A DNA stretch of 64,000 bases, taken from NCBI GenBank assembly GCA_030390025.1, contig CM059432.1:109990001-110054000 (forward strand), written 5' to 3'. A program made the position numbers and the translations under genes. Source of the DNA: Squalus acanthias. Lineage: Eukaryota. Below the pieces are notes generated by a model. It ran no database searches and was not told the origin of the DNA. It was given only the letters and a program-made list of their open reading frames with translations. Position 1 is the first letter of the stretch. Each line of letters starts with the position of its first letter. Of this stretch, positions 12,010 to 24,599 are shown piece after piece.

Positions 12010-12800
12010 AGACCAGTGAGTCTAACCCTTGTGGTGAGGAAGTTATTAGAAAGCATAAGAGCTGCTATACATGTATAGGGCATATCCAACATAGTTTCAG
12101 AAAAAAAGTCATGTTTTGATAAGTCACTGGAACGGTGCATTGAGAGTCAGCAGAAATGTATTTTCAAAAGGCTTTTTGCTAAAGTGCCTTGAGGAATAAA
12201 ATTCAAGTGGTCAGGGGGCTATGGCCAAAATAAAATGTTAGTTATCCCCCCACCTCAGTAAGGACAATGCGGCTCGAGTGAAGGTGCAGAGAAGGGCAAC
12301 AAGCATAATCTCAGTCTCAGATCATTGAGTTATGAAGATAATTTTATGTCTTGATGGAGAAGGGCTGACTTAGAAGGGATCTGATCTATGTAGAACTAGG
12401 GGCTACCCAGTTAAATTAAGGAAGCAGCATGTCAGTGAGGCTGGATGTCAGGAAGTTTTACTTTTTTCAAGGGATCAACTTGTGGATCAGGACCCGAGAG
12501 GTGACACTGAAGACAGATTCCATACAGTCCTTCAGGAAGGTGGTAGATGGATATTTGGAAAACAAGGTGATCACATCATTTGGAAGGCAAGACTAATTAT
12601 TCTGGAAGATAACAAATGGGTTGGGGCCTCCTATGTGATCACCTGTGAAGGACCAGAGAGCATGTTTTGACAGAAGACTCCTGAATTGGCTACAAGTCTT
12701 TTTTCCCCCCTTTCCTAAAGGCTGGAGGGAGGGGATTGATACATGGGGAGGGGATCAGACAAGAAAAATAGAGCGAACATGTATGGGCCTGATGGCCTTT
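12010..12800 (+). mobile_element. Highly decayed CR1 fragments
   Basis: Remnants resembling YRPVSLT, DFQKAF.KVP, VQRRAT and the CR1 3' UTR. Confidence 0.5.
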
Positions 12801-12962
12801 TCTCATCCTAGGCACATAACAACCAGATATTAGGTACAATCACCCTTAGTTTATTTTTGTTTAATTACCTCAGGAGGTAGTGAACATTCACAACTAATCA
12901 CACTATAAAACCCCCCAAAAGGATGTTGGAAAATATTGGGTGCACTCCTTTACTGACAAAAG

Positions 12963-13398
12963 TTAAGGTTGCAGCTGGAAATAAAGTGCTATATCCACTG
13001 GTAGCTCACAGTCTTTCAACAAGAGGGCACAGTCTCGATAGAGCTGCTTAACCATTTCTGCTTCATCAATTCCTGATGCAGTCCTACAGCATCTCTGGTG
13101 CAACGAAGTGGTACTGTTGATTCCACGGTCATGATTTGCAATCTCACTGCCAGAGTTGCAGCAGCTTTCACCTTTAGCACCACTGCAGCTCCCAGCCTCC
13201 GGTTGTTTCTCTGGCGCAGTGTCCAAGCCCATGTCCTCAATGCATTCCATTACGTCACTGACGCTTGTTTCCTGGGGGGATGCACTCAGATTTCTAAAAA
13301 TAAGTTCCTCCTGCTGGGCAGCAACACCAAGGAGCTGGTTTACTTTGGCCAGGAGATTAGGATCACTTCCATTCAGGTGACACCATGACAGCAAGGCA
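12963..13398 (-). CDS. YAE1: YAE1 maturation factor of ABCE1, coding exon 3 (last)
   Basis: Acceptor ...TTTCTGCAG at 13399. The phase completes Ser from exon 2, then reads ALLSWCHLNGSDPNLLAKVNQLL...VMECIEDMGL to TAA at 12963. This matches the recalled human YAE1 segment LSALLSWCHL...LLDSIEDMDL. Confidence 0.88.
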
Positions 13399-15119
13399 CT
13401 GCAGAAATAGAAAATGTACTGAGTTTTGTTTAGGGTATTTCCTACTTACAGCACCCAACATTGTATAAAAATAAAAGCATTGACTACGTGATACAAGACA
13501 AGCTACAGGTGCTAATATAAAAAATTGTAAATAACTCAACATCATACAATAATGTATTTATATCAAAAATCTTGTGTAGGCAAGCATTTCCTGTTGTCAT
13601 GATTTGGGTCAGACTGTGTGTCAACATTTAACATGGAAACTATATGTAAACAGGTCCTGGTAACACTCTTGTTGCAGGCTGCGGCTACTAGCTGGTATTG
13701 TAGCTCCACTGTATCCTCCGACACACTAAGCAATGCCTGGGAGAACTACTAATCTCTCAGAAAAAGGCAGAAGTCAGTCAATCACTATATGAAAGATAAA
13801 GGCTAATGTTTCAGTTTAACCGATCAGAACTTCCCATCTAAACCACAAATCGATTTTTCTCTTCCAGTTGCATTTTCCAAGATTTTGCTTGATTGCAGAT
13901 TTCCAGCACTGAAGTTTTCTTTTTAACCATTTAATAGCAAATAACTATGTTCCTAAGAACCCTGGGGAACAGTTTACCACTGCCCAAAGAGCAAAGCAGC
14001 ATGGGGTGAAGCTTAGAATGGGGGTAGGGGAAAGAGAATGGATAGATCAGATAGAACTATTTATTTCACAGAGGGTGTTGCATATTTGGAATGGATTACT
14101 CAGGTATCAACTGAGGCTGATATCAGTAATATTAAGAGGGAGTTGGACAGGCATTTGGTGAGAAAATCAACTGGAGGCCATAGGTAGTGAACTGTGTGTA
14201 CTGCTTTTGAATTCTGGGGCTAGCCACATGAACTGAAATGGTTTATTCTGACCCTGTACATTCCTATGAGTTATGCACTATATATTGCATGGCCATCAAT
14301 GGAGAATAGCAATCTTCTGATCAACTTTACAGACATACAACACTGAACTATGCAAGAGTTATCAAGTCGCTCATTATACCTGCTCCTTTCAGTTGGTCCA
14401 AAGTCCATTTTGGAGAATACTAGATAATGCCATGGCATACATTGGAAACCAATTTATTACATTAGTATTTTTCTATTTCCAATACAATACTTGAAATTTC
14501 TCCTTTTTCTATAGTATAGATAATAGGGATGACGAACACCATTCTACAAAGTGATTCTTCAAACACTGGTAATTAGATAGGTCAATGGAGAATGACAGGT
14601 CAGTCAGTATCTAAGAAAGAAACGATTGGTTAATGTTTTGGGTATTGAAACTTCAGAACTCTAACCAAGAGTCTACATCCAAAACCTTAACCAGCCTTTT
14701 TTTCTTTTCATATGCCGATGGGAGAGTTGTGTATTTGTAGAATTGTGTGTTTTATTTCACCCTTCCAGTTTGTTTTAGGATGTTTATTCAACATGTGATA
14801 TAAACTTAATTAGGATTGTAGTCAGTGCTGGATCAATCAGGTTAGAATGGATGCAATTAATTAATAACTACACAAGCTCCCAAAGATATGCTCATCGATT
14901 GAGTGAGCAAATATGAATCTGTAGTATAGTTAATGGCTCATCCTAACTTTTCCTCCCCGCCCATTAACTTGAGTTCCTCAAAGTAGTCTGTTCTTTCTTC
15001 AGATTACCCCATCATCTAACCCAGTATTAGGGTATTTCGGTATCCAGGGCTTTTAATGAGTCATGTTCTTGTGACATCAGTTGTGTGTCTAGAAGGATCG
15101 AGAGGCACTGGATAAATGT

Positions 15120-15510
15120 TTTTTACAAGGATACCAGAACTGAAGGTACAATTATCAGGAAAGACTGTACAGGCTGGGACTCCTTTCTCGAGAAAAGACC
15201 GAGAGGTGACCTGATAGAGGTCTTTAAAATTATGAAGGGATTTGATAGGGTAGACATAGAGAGAAGGTGTTTCCATTTGTGGGGGAGTCCAAAACTAGGG
15301 GTCATAAATACAAGAGTCACTAATAGATCCAATAAGGAATTCAGGAGAAAGTTCTTTTCTCAGTGTGGTTAGAATGCAAAACTCTCTAACTCATGCAGAG
15401 GTTGAATGAATAGCATTTAAGGGGAAGCTAGCTAAGTATGTGAAGGAGAAAGGAATAGAAGGATATGCTGGTAGGAGGAGGCTTGTGTGGAATGGTCTGT
15501 TTCTGTGCAA
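15120..15510 (+). mobile_element. CR1 3' end fragment
   Basis: RGDLIEVFKIMKGFDRVD in ORF 15085..15372, followed by a CR1-type 3' UTR. Confidence 0.75.
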
Positions 15511-15613
15511 TTTTTTTAAAACATGGCACGCAAGTAATTAGGCCACAGCTCCACAGATCGAGGCCACGGCTGCTTATAAGCAGAGTTGTGCACTTTTTTT
15601 GCTGTACTCTCAC

Positions 15614-15735
15614 CTCAGAAGCCCTTTCAGCTGTCCAGGGACCAACATCTTCTTAACACCCTTTTGGTAACCTTCATTGAAGCCACGCTGTAACGTGGAT
15701 TCTCGGCCAGCATTTAGCCCATCCCGATAGCCTTC
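15614..15735 (-). CDS. YAE1: YAE1 coding exon 2 (Yae1_N domain)
   Basis: AG/GT-bounded 122-nt exon encoding EGYRDGLNAGRESTLQRGFNEGYQKGVKKMLVPGQLKGLL(S), with the GxxxG repeats of the Yae1 family. Confidence 0.93.
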
Positions 15736-17948
15736 CTAGAAATAAATAGTTGGAAGCTTAAACTTAATTAGCAGCTGGCCGATCGCACTTTAAAAATGAC
15801 ACGTCACCTTCACTGCATCATGAACCCACAAACACTATGCCTGCCACACCAATAAAAGCAATGAACCTCATTCCAGCTCATAGTAGGGTACGAAGTGTAG
15901 TGTTTATGTTACTGGACAAATAATCCAGAGAACGCAAATTCAGATCCCATCAAGAAGTCATCTGAGAATTTGAATTCAGTTTTCAAGGGGCTGAATGGCC
16001 GACTCAACAACAACAACTTGCATCTATATAGCGCCTTTAATGCAGTAAAATGCCCCAAGGCACTTCACAGAAGCGTTATCAAACAAAATTTGACACCGAG
16101 CCACATAAGGAGATATTAGGACAGGTGACCAGAAGCTTGGTCAAAGAGGTAGGTTTTAAGGAGCATCTTAAAAGTAAGAAAGAGGGGGAGAGGTAGAGGA
16201 GCTTAGGGCAGCAATTCCAAGGTCCCAGGCGGCTGAAGACACAGCCGCCAATGGTGGAGCAATTAAAATCGGGCATGTGCAAGAGGGCAGAATTGGAGGA
16301 GCGCAGATATCTCAGGGAGTTGTAGGGCTGGAGGTTACAGAGATAGGGAGGGGCGAGGCCATGGAGGGATTTGAAAACAAGGATTAGAATTTTAAAATTG
16401 AGATGTTGCTGGACCAGGAGCCAATGTAGGTCAGCGGGCACAGTGGTGATAGGTGAACAGGACTTGGCATGAGTTAAGATATGGGCAGCAAAGTTTTGGA
16501 TAAGTTCAAGTTTATGGAGGGGGGTGGGAGGGGGAAAAGAGATGGGAGGCCAGCCAGGAGAGCATTGGAATAGTCAAGTCTAGAGGTAACAAAGGCATAG
16601 ATGAGAGTTTCAGCAGCTGAGAAGCTGAAGCAGGGACAGAGACGGACAATGTTATGGAGGTGGATGTAGGTGATCTTGGTGGTGGAGCTGATGTGTGGTC
16701 CGGAGCTCATCTCAGGGTCAAATAGGACTCCAAGGTTGCAAATGGTCTGGTTTAGCCTCAGACAGTGACCATGGAGAGGGATGGGGTTGGTGGCTAGGGA
16801 AAGGAGTTTGTGGCAGGGATCAAAGACAATGGCTTCAGTCTTCCCAATATTTAGTTGGGAGGAAATTTCTGCTCACCCAGGACTGGATGTTGGAAAAGCA
16901 GCATGACAAATCAGAGACAGTGGAGGAGTAAAGTGAGGTGGTGGTGAGGTAGAGCTGGGTGCCGTCAGCTTATATGTGGAACCTGATGGGTTTTCGGATG
17001 ATGTCACCAAGGGGAAGCATGTAGAAGAGAAACAGGAGTGGACCAACGATGGATCCTTGGGGGACTCCAGAGTTAATGGTGTGGGAGCGGGAAGAGAAGC
17101 CAGTGCAGGTGATTCTGTAGCTATGACTGGATAGATAAGAATGGATTCAGGTGAGGGCAGTCCCACCCAGCTGGACGGCAGAGGAGAGGTGTTGGAGGAG
17201 GATGGTGGGGTCAACTGTGTCAAAGGCTGCAGACAGGTCGAGAAGGATGAGGACGGTTAGTTTACCACGGTCAGTCACACAGTATGTAATTTGTGACTTT
17301 GATAAGGGCAGTTTAACTGCTGTGGCAGGGATGGAAACCTAATTGGAGGAGTTCAAATATAGAGTTGCAGGAAAGATGGGCACGGATTTTGGAGGAGACA
17401 ATACGTTCATGGACTTGAGAAGAAAGAAAGGTTGGAGATCAGGCAGTAATTTGCAAGGACAGAGGGGTCAAGGGTGGGTTTTTTAAAGAAGGGGTTGATG
17501 ATGGCAGATTTGAAGGGGCGAAGGACATTAACGGAGGTGAGGAAACCGTTAACAATATCAGCTAATATGGGGACCAGGAAGGGAAGTTGGGTGGTTAGCA
17601 GTTGGGTGGGGGGGGGATGGAACAGGGTCCTGGGAGTAGGAGGTGGGTCTCATGGACAAGATGAGCTCAAAGAAGGCATGAGGGGAGATAGCAGAGAAAC
17701 TAGAGAGAGAAAGATGTGACTTCAGGGTTAGGGCAAGGGAGGGAAGCAGCAGAGGGCAGCTGAATCTTAGTAACAAAGAAGTCCAAGAGCTCTTCACACG
17801 TTGTTGGAGGTGAGGATGGAGGAGACAGGGGAGAGGGGTTTAAGAAGTCAGTTTGTAGTGGAGAAGAGAAACCAAGGGTTATCTTTGTATTCCATGTTGA
17901 TCCTGGAATAGTGAGTAGTTTTGGCAGAGGAGAGCAGTACCCGAAAGT

Positions 17949-18340
17949 GTCAGCTGTGGCTCAGTTGGTAGCACTCGTGCCTCTGAGTCAGAAGGGTGTG
18001 GGTTCAAGTCCCACTCCAGAGACTTGAGCACAAGTCTGTTGGATGAGAGGTTAAACCGAGGGCCCGTGTGCTCTCTCAGCTGGACGTAAAAGATCCCAGG
18101 ACACTATTTCGAAGAAGAGCAGTGGAGTTATCTCCGATATTCTGGCCAATATTTATCCCTCAAACCAACATCACTATAACAGATTATCTGGTCATTATCA
18201 CATTGCTGTTTGTGGGAGCTTGCTGCCACATTTCCTGTAGGAAACAGTGACTACACTTTAAAAGTACCTCATTGGCTGTAAAGCACATTGGGATGCCGAG
18301 GTTGCGAAAGGCGCTATATAAATGCAAGTTTTTTTTTCTT
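17949..18340 (+). mobile_element. tRNA-derived SINE with L2-type tail (DeuSINE/SacSINE1-like)
   Basis: A-box GTGGCTCAGTTGG, B-box GGTTCAAGTCCC, 3' end AAGGCGCTATATAAATGCAAG shared with L2. Confidence 0.8.
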
Positions 18341-18525
18341 TCCTCCATAAATGTTAAAGTCTACGTCCCTTGGACTTAAGGGAGCGGAGGTGAGGGTCAT
18401 ACCGGGGAAGTGACCAGGGAGTGAGGGAGAAATGGTTTTAGTGGGGCAAGGGCATCAACTGTGGAGCTGAGGGTGTGGTTGAGCAGATCAGTAACTGCAG
18501 AAATGTCATGGTGAATGGAGGGCCA

Positions 18526-18977
18526 AAGAAAGAATTTATATAGCGCCTTTCACGACCACCGGATGTCTCAAAGTGCTTTACAGCCAATGAAGTACTTTTG
18601 GAGTGGAGTCACTGTTGTAATGTGGGAAAAGTGGCAGCCAGTTTGTGCACAGCAAGCTCCCACAAACAGCAATGTGATAATGACCAGATAATCTGTTTTT
18701 GTTATGTTGATTGAGGGATAAATATTGGCCAGGACACCAGGGATAACTCCCCAGCTATTCTTCAAAATAGTGCCATTGGATCTTTTACGTCCACCTGAGA
18801 GCAGACGGGGCCTCGGTTTAACGTCTCATCCGAAAGACGGCACCTCAGACAGTGCAGCACTCCCTCAGCACTGCAGTGTCAGCCTAGATTTATGTGCTCA
18901 AGTCCCCGGAGTGGGACTTGAACCCACAACCTTCTGACTCAGAGGCAAGTGTGCTACCCACTGAGCCACGGCTGACA
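18526..18977 (-). mobile_element. tRNA-derived SINE, same family, opposite orientation
   Basis: Reverse complement of the 17949-18340 element with A and B boxes at about 18910-18975. Confidence 0.8.
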
Positions 18978-19139
18978 TGGTTGGAAATTTGAAAGTGCAG
19001 TTGTAAGTAACTTGGGAGTTTTTTTTTCCCAGGGGTGGAGACAGAAGGAAGTGGGATTGGGAGGGGGAAGGGGGATGTAACACTGAGTAACACTAATTTA
19101 CAGAATAAGGCAAGTCTGGAAATACTTTGATACAATACC

Positions 19140-19460
19140 ACTACAAAGAACTTTCTTTCATCTATGTAACATCATTCACACCCCCAGGACACCCCAATAA
19201 GTTGAATGACCAGTCAAACTGTTTTTGGAGGTGCTGACTGAAGGATATGTTGGCCAGAACTTCTCTGCATTTGTTCAAATAGTGCCATAGGGATACTTTA
19301 GTTCACCTGAAAGGGCAGATGAGGCCAGATTTCACCTGAGTGGACAGCACTGCCAATAGTGCAGCTGGATTATGTGATCCAATCCTGGAGAGAGTTGAAC
19401 CTGCAGCCTTTTAACTCAAGAGGCAACAGTGCTTGCTACCACAGAGCCAAGGGTGACACT
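19140..19460 (-). mobile_element. Older degenerate copy of the same SINE
   Basis: Partial matches such as AATAGTGCCAT, TTGAACC and GAGGCAA..GTGCT..CAGAGCCA. Confidence 0.5.
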
Positions 19461-19589
19461 AATAATTTCTAATATTTTTCCTCCAGTGATTTTGAAGAGA
19501 AATGACCCCATATTTCCTGTTTCCCAACCTATTCCCTGCTACCAGGAAATGTTTATTCCATTAAGTATTACATTTAAACAGGCCTATGT

Positions 19590-22500
19590 AACCTGAGCTT
19601 TTCCCGTGTCCATTCGTGTGCACACTTTGGCTGCCGCTCCAGACCCGAGCCACTCCACTTTGCCCCCCTATTTTCCTTTTCTCTCTACCCCTCCCTGAAA
19701 GCACTCTCCTTTTGTCATGCCTCCTTTCATCTCTCCTCTCTGATACGCTGCCCTCCCAAATCCCTACCCCAATCCTTCAGTACTCTTCGACCTTCCTACT
19801 CTCCTGGCGCCGACCCAGGCTTGACTCCCTCTTAGATAAGCCCACAGCTTCCCTCTGTGCCTCTCTTGGAATCCTACGAAGGGCCCATCGAGGCACTCGT
19901 CGCTGCCGCCTTACGAGCAGCAACCCCAACTGTCTCATCCTACTCTCTCGCCGACTTTCCCGCCCAGTGCACCCACTGGGGGCAAATCTTGCCAATCTCC
20001 TCCCCATCCAACTCATTTCCCCCCCCCCCCCAGCGCTGACCCTGTGGATACTGGCAGTGGGGCAGCCATCACCGACCCTCTCCGCATCCCCCTCCAGAAT
20101 GTCCGTTCACTTGCGAATAAGGCCCTTGCCATCCATGAGCTTATCGTGGATGACGGCATCGATATCATGGCCCTGACGGAAACTTGGTTGAGGGGTGATG
20201 ACACCTTACCCTTAAATGAAGCCTTCCTACCTGGCTATACCTTCCACCACTTGCCCCGCTCAGACCACCGTGGTGGCGGTGTGGCTCTCATTACCAAATC
20301 ACACCTTGTCTGTCCCCCTATTCCTCCGGCAGTTTCTCCTTTGAGCATCTCATCTTATTCCACCCCTCTCACCTCATTTAAAATTCTTGTTCTCTACCGC
20401 CCACCCAAGTACCATAAAAATTTTATTACCCAGATATCTTCATTGCTCTCCTCCCTCCGCACCGAACGACTTCTCATCCTCGGTGATTTCAACCTCCATC
20501 TCAATTCATCATGCGCTCGCTCTCCTCTGAGTTCACTAGCCTCCTATCCTCCCTTAATCTCTCCCTCCATGTAATCTCCCCAACCCATATTCACAGCCAC
20601 CCCCTCGACCTTGCCATCTCTCGTGGCCTCGCTACTCCCATCGTGCCAATTGCAGATAAGACCATCTCTGACCATTTCCTCATATCGCTCTCCACCCACC
20701 ACCCCCCAACCCTACTTCCTTCTGTGTCCGCCCCTGGAAAAGACTCTCTCCCAACTCTCTTACAACTGCACTTATGAAATCCCAACTGTCCAGCCTCTGG
20801 CCCTCCATTCACCATGACATTTCTGCAGCTACCGATCTGCTCAACCACACCCTCACCACCACCTGCAATGCCCTAGTCCCTACTAAAACAATTAACCTCT
20901 CACCCTGGCTGTTCCCCCTGGTACAGCTCTCATCTCCGCTCCCTTAAGTCCAAGGGACGCAGACTCGAACGGATATTTAGCCATTCACTGCCAGATCTGG
21001 CAGGACCACATAAAGCACTATCAGGCCCTGCTCTCGTCTGCCAAAATTGCTCACTATTCCAGAATCATTCTGGAATGCAAAGATAAACCCCGGCTCCTAT
21101 TCTCTACTGCTAACCGTCTTCTTAAACCCCTCTCCCGTCTCCTCCACCCTCACTTCCGATAACAAATGCGAGGAGCTCATGGACTTCTTTGTCTCTAAGA
21201 TTGAGACCATCCGTTCAGCTGCCTCTGCCACTTCCTGTCCTTCCCCTAGCCCACTGGGCCAAACTTCCTCTAAGGTTACCCCCTGCCCTAGCCCTGAACT
21301 CACATCTTTCTCCAGTTTCTCTCCGATCTCCCCTCATGACCTCTCTGCGCTCATCTTGTCTATGAGACCCACCTCCTGCTCCCTTGACCCTATTCCCACC
21401 AAACTGCTGACCACCTAACTTCCTTTTCTGGCTCCCATGTTAGCTGATATTGTTAACGGTTGTCTCTCCTCAGGTACCGTACCCCTCTCCCTCAAATCTT
21501 CCGTCATCACCCCTCAAAAAAATCAAACCTTGATCCCTCCGTCCTTGGAAACTACCGCCCCATCTCCAACCTCCCTTTCCTCGCCAAAGTCCTTGAACGT
21601 GTTGTTGCCTCCCAAATCCGTGCCCATCTTTCCCGCAATTCCATGTTTGAATCTCTTCAATCAGGTTTCCGCCATTGCCACAGTACCGAAACGGCTCTCA
21701 TCAAAGTCACAAATGACATCCTTTGTGACTGTGACAAATGTAAACTATCCCTCTTCGTCCTTCTTGACTTGTCTCAGCCTTTGGCACGGTTGACCACTCC
21801 ATCCTTCTCCAACACCTCGCCACCGCCGTCCAGCTGGGTGGGACTGCACTCGCCTGGTTCCATTCTTATCTATCTAATCGTAACCAGAGAATCACCTGCA
21901 ACGGCTTCTCTTCCCGCTCCCGCATCGTTCTGGTGTCCCCCAAGGATCTATCCTTGGCCCCCTCCTATTTCTCATCAACATGTTGCCCCTTGGCGACATC
22001 ATCTGAAAACACAGCGTCACTTTCCACATGTACACTGACGACACCCAGCTCTACCTCACTACTTCTTCTCACGACCCCTCCACGGTGTCTAAATTGTCAG
22101 ACTGCTTGTCCGACACACAGTTCTGGATGAGCAAAAATTTTCTCCAATTTAATATTGGGAAAACCAAAGCCATTGTTTTCGGTCCCCACCACAAACTCCG
22201 TTCCCTAGCCACTGACTCCATCCCTCTCCCTAACATCTGTCTGAGGCTAAACCACACTGTTCGGAACCTTGGTGTCATATTTGACCCCGAAATGAGCTTT
22301 CCGACCACATATCCGCAGCATAGCAAAGACCGCTTACTTCCACCTCTGTAACATCGTCCGTCTCTGCCCATGCCTCAGCTCATCCGCTGCTGAAACCCTC
22401 ATCCATGCCTTTGTTACCACTAGACTTGACTATTCCAACGCACTCCTGGCTGGCCTTCCACAATCCACCCTACGTAAACTTGAGATCATCCAAAACTCGG

Positions 22501-23049
22501 CTGCCCGTATCCTAACTTGCACCAAGTCCCGTTCGCCCATTACCCCTGTGCTCTACATTGGCACCCGGTTAAGCAGCGCCTCAATTTCAAAATTCTCAAT
22601 ATAACAGAAAACGCTGGAAAAACTCAGCAGGCCAGGCAGCATCCGTGGAGAGAGAAACAGAATTAAAATTCTCATCCTTGTTTTCAAATCCCTTCATGGC
22701 CTCTCCCCTTCCTATCTCTGTAATCTTCTTCAGCCCCCCAACCCAACCCCTGAGATATCTGCACTCCTCTAATTCTGCCCTCGAGGATCCCTGATTATAA
22801 ATCGCTCAACCTTCTGTTGCCTAGGCCCTAAGCTCTGGAATTTCCTGCCTAAACCTCTCCGCCTCGCTACCTCTTTTTCCTCCTTTAAGATGCTCCTTAA
22901 AACCTACCTCTCTGACAGAGCTTTTGGTCACCTGCCCTAATTTATCCTTATGTGGATCGGTGTCAAATTTTTTGTCTTAAAATACTCCTGTGCAGCGCTT
23001 TGGGACGTTTTACTATGTTAAAGGCGCTATATAAATACAAGTTGTTGTT
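19590..23049 (+). mobile_element. L2 LINE, long copy with endonuclease and RT (frameshifted)
   Basis: QNVRSLANK, ALTETWL, YRPP, LGDFNLH, SDH, NYRPISNLPFL, QSGFR, LLDLS and YTDDTQLY; 3' tail GTTGTTGTT. Confidence 0.92.
22599..22664 (-). repeat. 66-bp Penelope terminal-repeat fragment inserted in L2 with a 10-bp TSD
   Basis: Flanked by AAAATTCTCA at 22589-22598 and 22665-22674. Its reverse complement is nearly identical to 24415-24480. Confidence 0.8.
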
Positions 23050-23194
23050 CCGGTAAAACCATCTTCAAGCACCATGTAGGAGAGATGGGCTGGTGCCAGT
23101 GCCACACATACAACACCACCATGACCACATATCAATACAAACCCATAGTGGGAGAACTGGAGTTAATAGCAACCTAAACAAATGCATAGCACCG

Positions 23195-24555
23195 CAGGTG
23201 CTGGAAATCTGAAACAAAAACAGAAAATGCTGGAAATACTCAGTCTGTGGAGAGAAACAGAGTTAACGTTGATGACCTACTGTCAGAACTGGAAAAAGTT
23301 AGAGATGTAACAGGTTTAAAATGGAGCCAGGGAAGGGGTGGGGGAAGGGAAGAAAAGAACAAAAAGGAAGGTCTGTGATAGGGTGGAAGGCACGAATGAT
23401 TAAATGACAAAAAGGACAATGGTGCAAGGCAAAAGGGGGTGGTAATGGCACAAGTAAAGAAACAAAATATGAGTCCAGAAAGACCTTCCCCTTTTGTTCT
23501 TTCCCTCCATTTTTTCTCTGCCTCTGTACTGGCTTAAACCCTGTTACCTCTCTAACTTTTTCCAGTTCTGATGAAAGGTCGTCCAAACACATCTTCCCCT
23601 CACCTCCCCTTTCAGCATTCCGCAGGGACCGCTCCCTCCGCGACACCCTAGTCCACTCCTCTACCACCCCCAGCACCCCTTCCCCTTCGCCCGGCACCTT
23701 CCCGTGCACGCGCAGGAGATGCAACACATGCCCTTACACCTCCCCTCTTCCCACTGTCCAGGGCCCCAAACACCCCTTCCAGGTGAAACAGCGATTTACT
23801 TGTACTTCCTGCAATTTAGTATACTGTATTCGCTGCTCACGATGTGGTCTCCTCTACATTGGGGAGACCAAACGCAGATTGGGTGACCGCTTTGCGGAAC
23901 ACCTCCGTTCAGTCCGTAAGGGGGACCCCGAGCTCCCGGTGGCCTGTCACTTTAATTCACCGCTTCACTCCCACTCTGACCTCACCGTCCTCGGCCTATT
24001 ACACTGTTCCACGGAAGCGCAGCGTAAGCTCGAGGAACAGCACCTCATCTTTCGTTTAGGCACGCTACAGCCCTCTGGACTCAATATCGAGTTCAACAAT
24101 TTTAGATCATAACCTCAGCTCCAATCACATTTATATTTTATTTTTTCCACCCTTTCATTTGCCCCCCCCCCACCCTTTTTTTTCCTCCTTGAAGCTGGCA
24201 GCTTTCCTTCATTCTGCCAGTGGATTTCACACTTCTTTCAGCCTTAATCTGTCACATTAACACCACCTCTAGCCTTGCATATCTCTTAATGTCTCTTCAT
24301 CTCCCCCTTTGTTCTTTTATCCCCTCCCCCTTTTCCCAGCTTTACTCTGGCCTTAAATCTATTTGATTTCCAGCTCTTCACAGTTCTGACGAAAGGTCAT
24401 CGACCTGAAACGTTAACTCTCTTTCTCTCTCCACGGATGCTGCCTGGCCTGCTGAGTTTTTCCAGCGTTTTCTGTTGTTATTTTAGACCTGAAACGTTAA
24501 CTCTGTTCCTCTCCCAACAGATGTTGCCTGATGTGTTGAGTATTTCTAATATTTT
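23195..24555 (+). mobile_element. Penelope-like element 3' part (GIY-YIG endonuclease) with direct and inverted terminal repeat fragments
   Basis: ORF 23783..24112 reads NLVYCIRCSRCGLLYIGETKRRLGDRFAEH...LEEQHLIFRLGTLQPSGLN. An inverted repeat copy lies at about 23195-23460 and direct partial copies at about 23480-23583 and 24300-24550. Confidence 0.9.
24381..24418 (+). ncRNA. Minimal type I hammerhead ribozyme motif
   Basis: AGTT-CTGACGA-AAGGTC-ATC-GACCT-GAAACGTT-AACT: conserved core, stem II AGGTC/GACCT, palindromic ACGT, stem I AGTT/AACT. Confidence 0.75.
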
Positions 24556-24599
24556 AAATAGCAGTTGAATTGTGCAACTTCACCACAGAACAGTAGGCT

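Larger units (their letters stand above)
16005..19080 (-). mobile_element. L2 LINE, degraded, interrupted by two SINEs
   Basis: LHWL..FKILILVFKSLHGLAPPYL, FVTSRLDYSNALLAGLP and ELILSMRPTS; (CAA)n tail at about 16005. Confidence 0.85.

Noticed and set aside
17949..18030. tRNA gene (A and B boxes)
   Set aside because: It continues into a SINE body and L2-type tail and is repeated in the window, so it is a SINE head.
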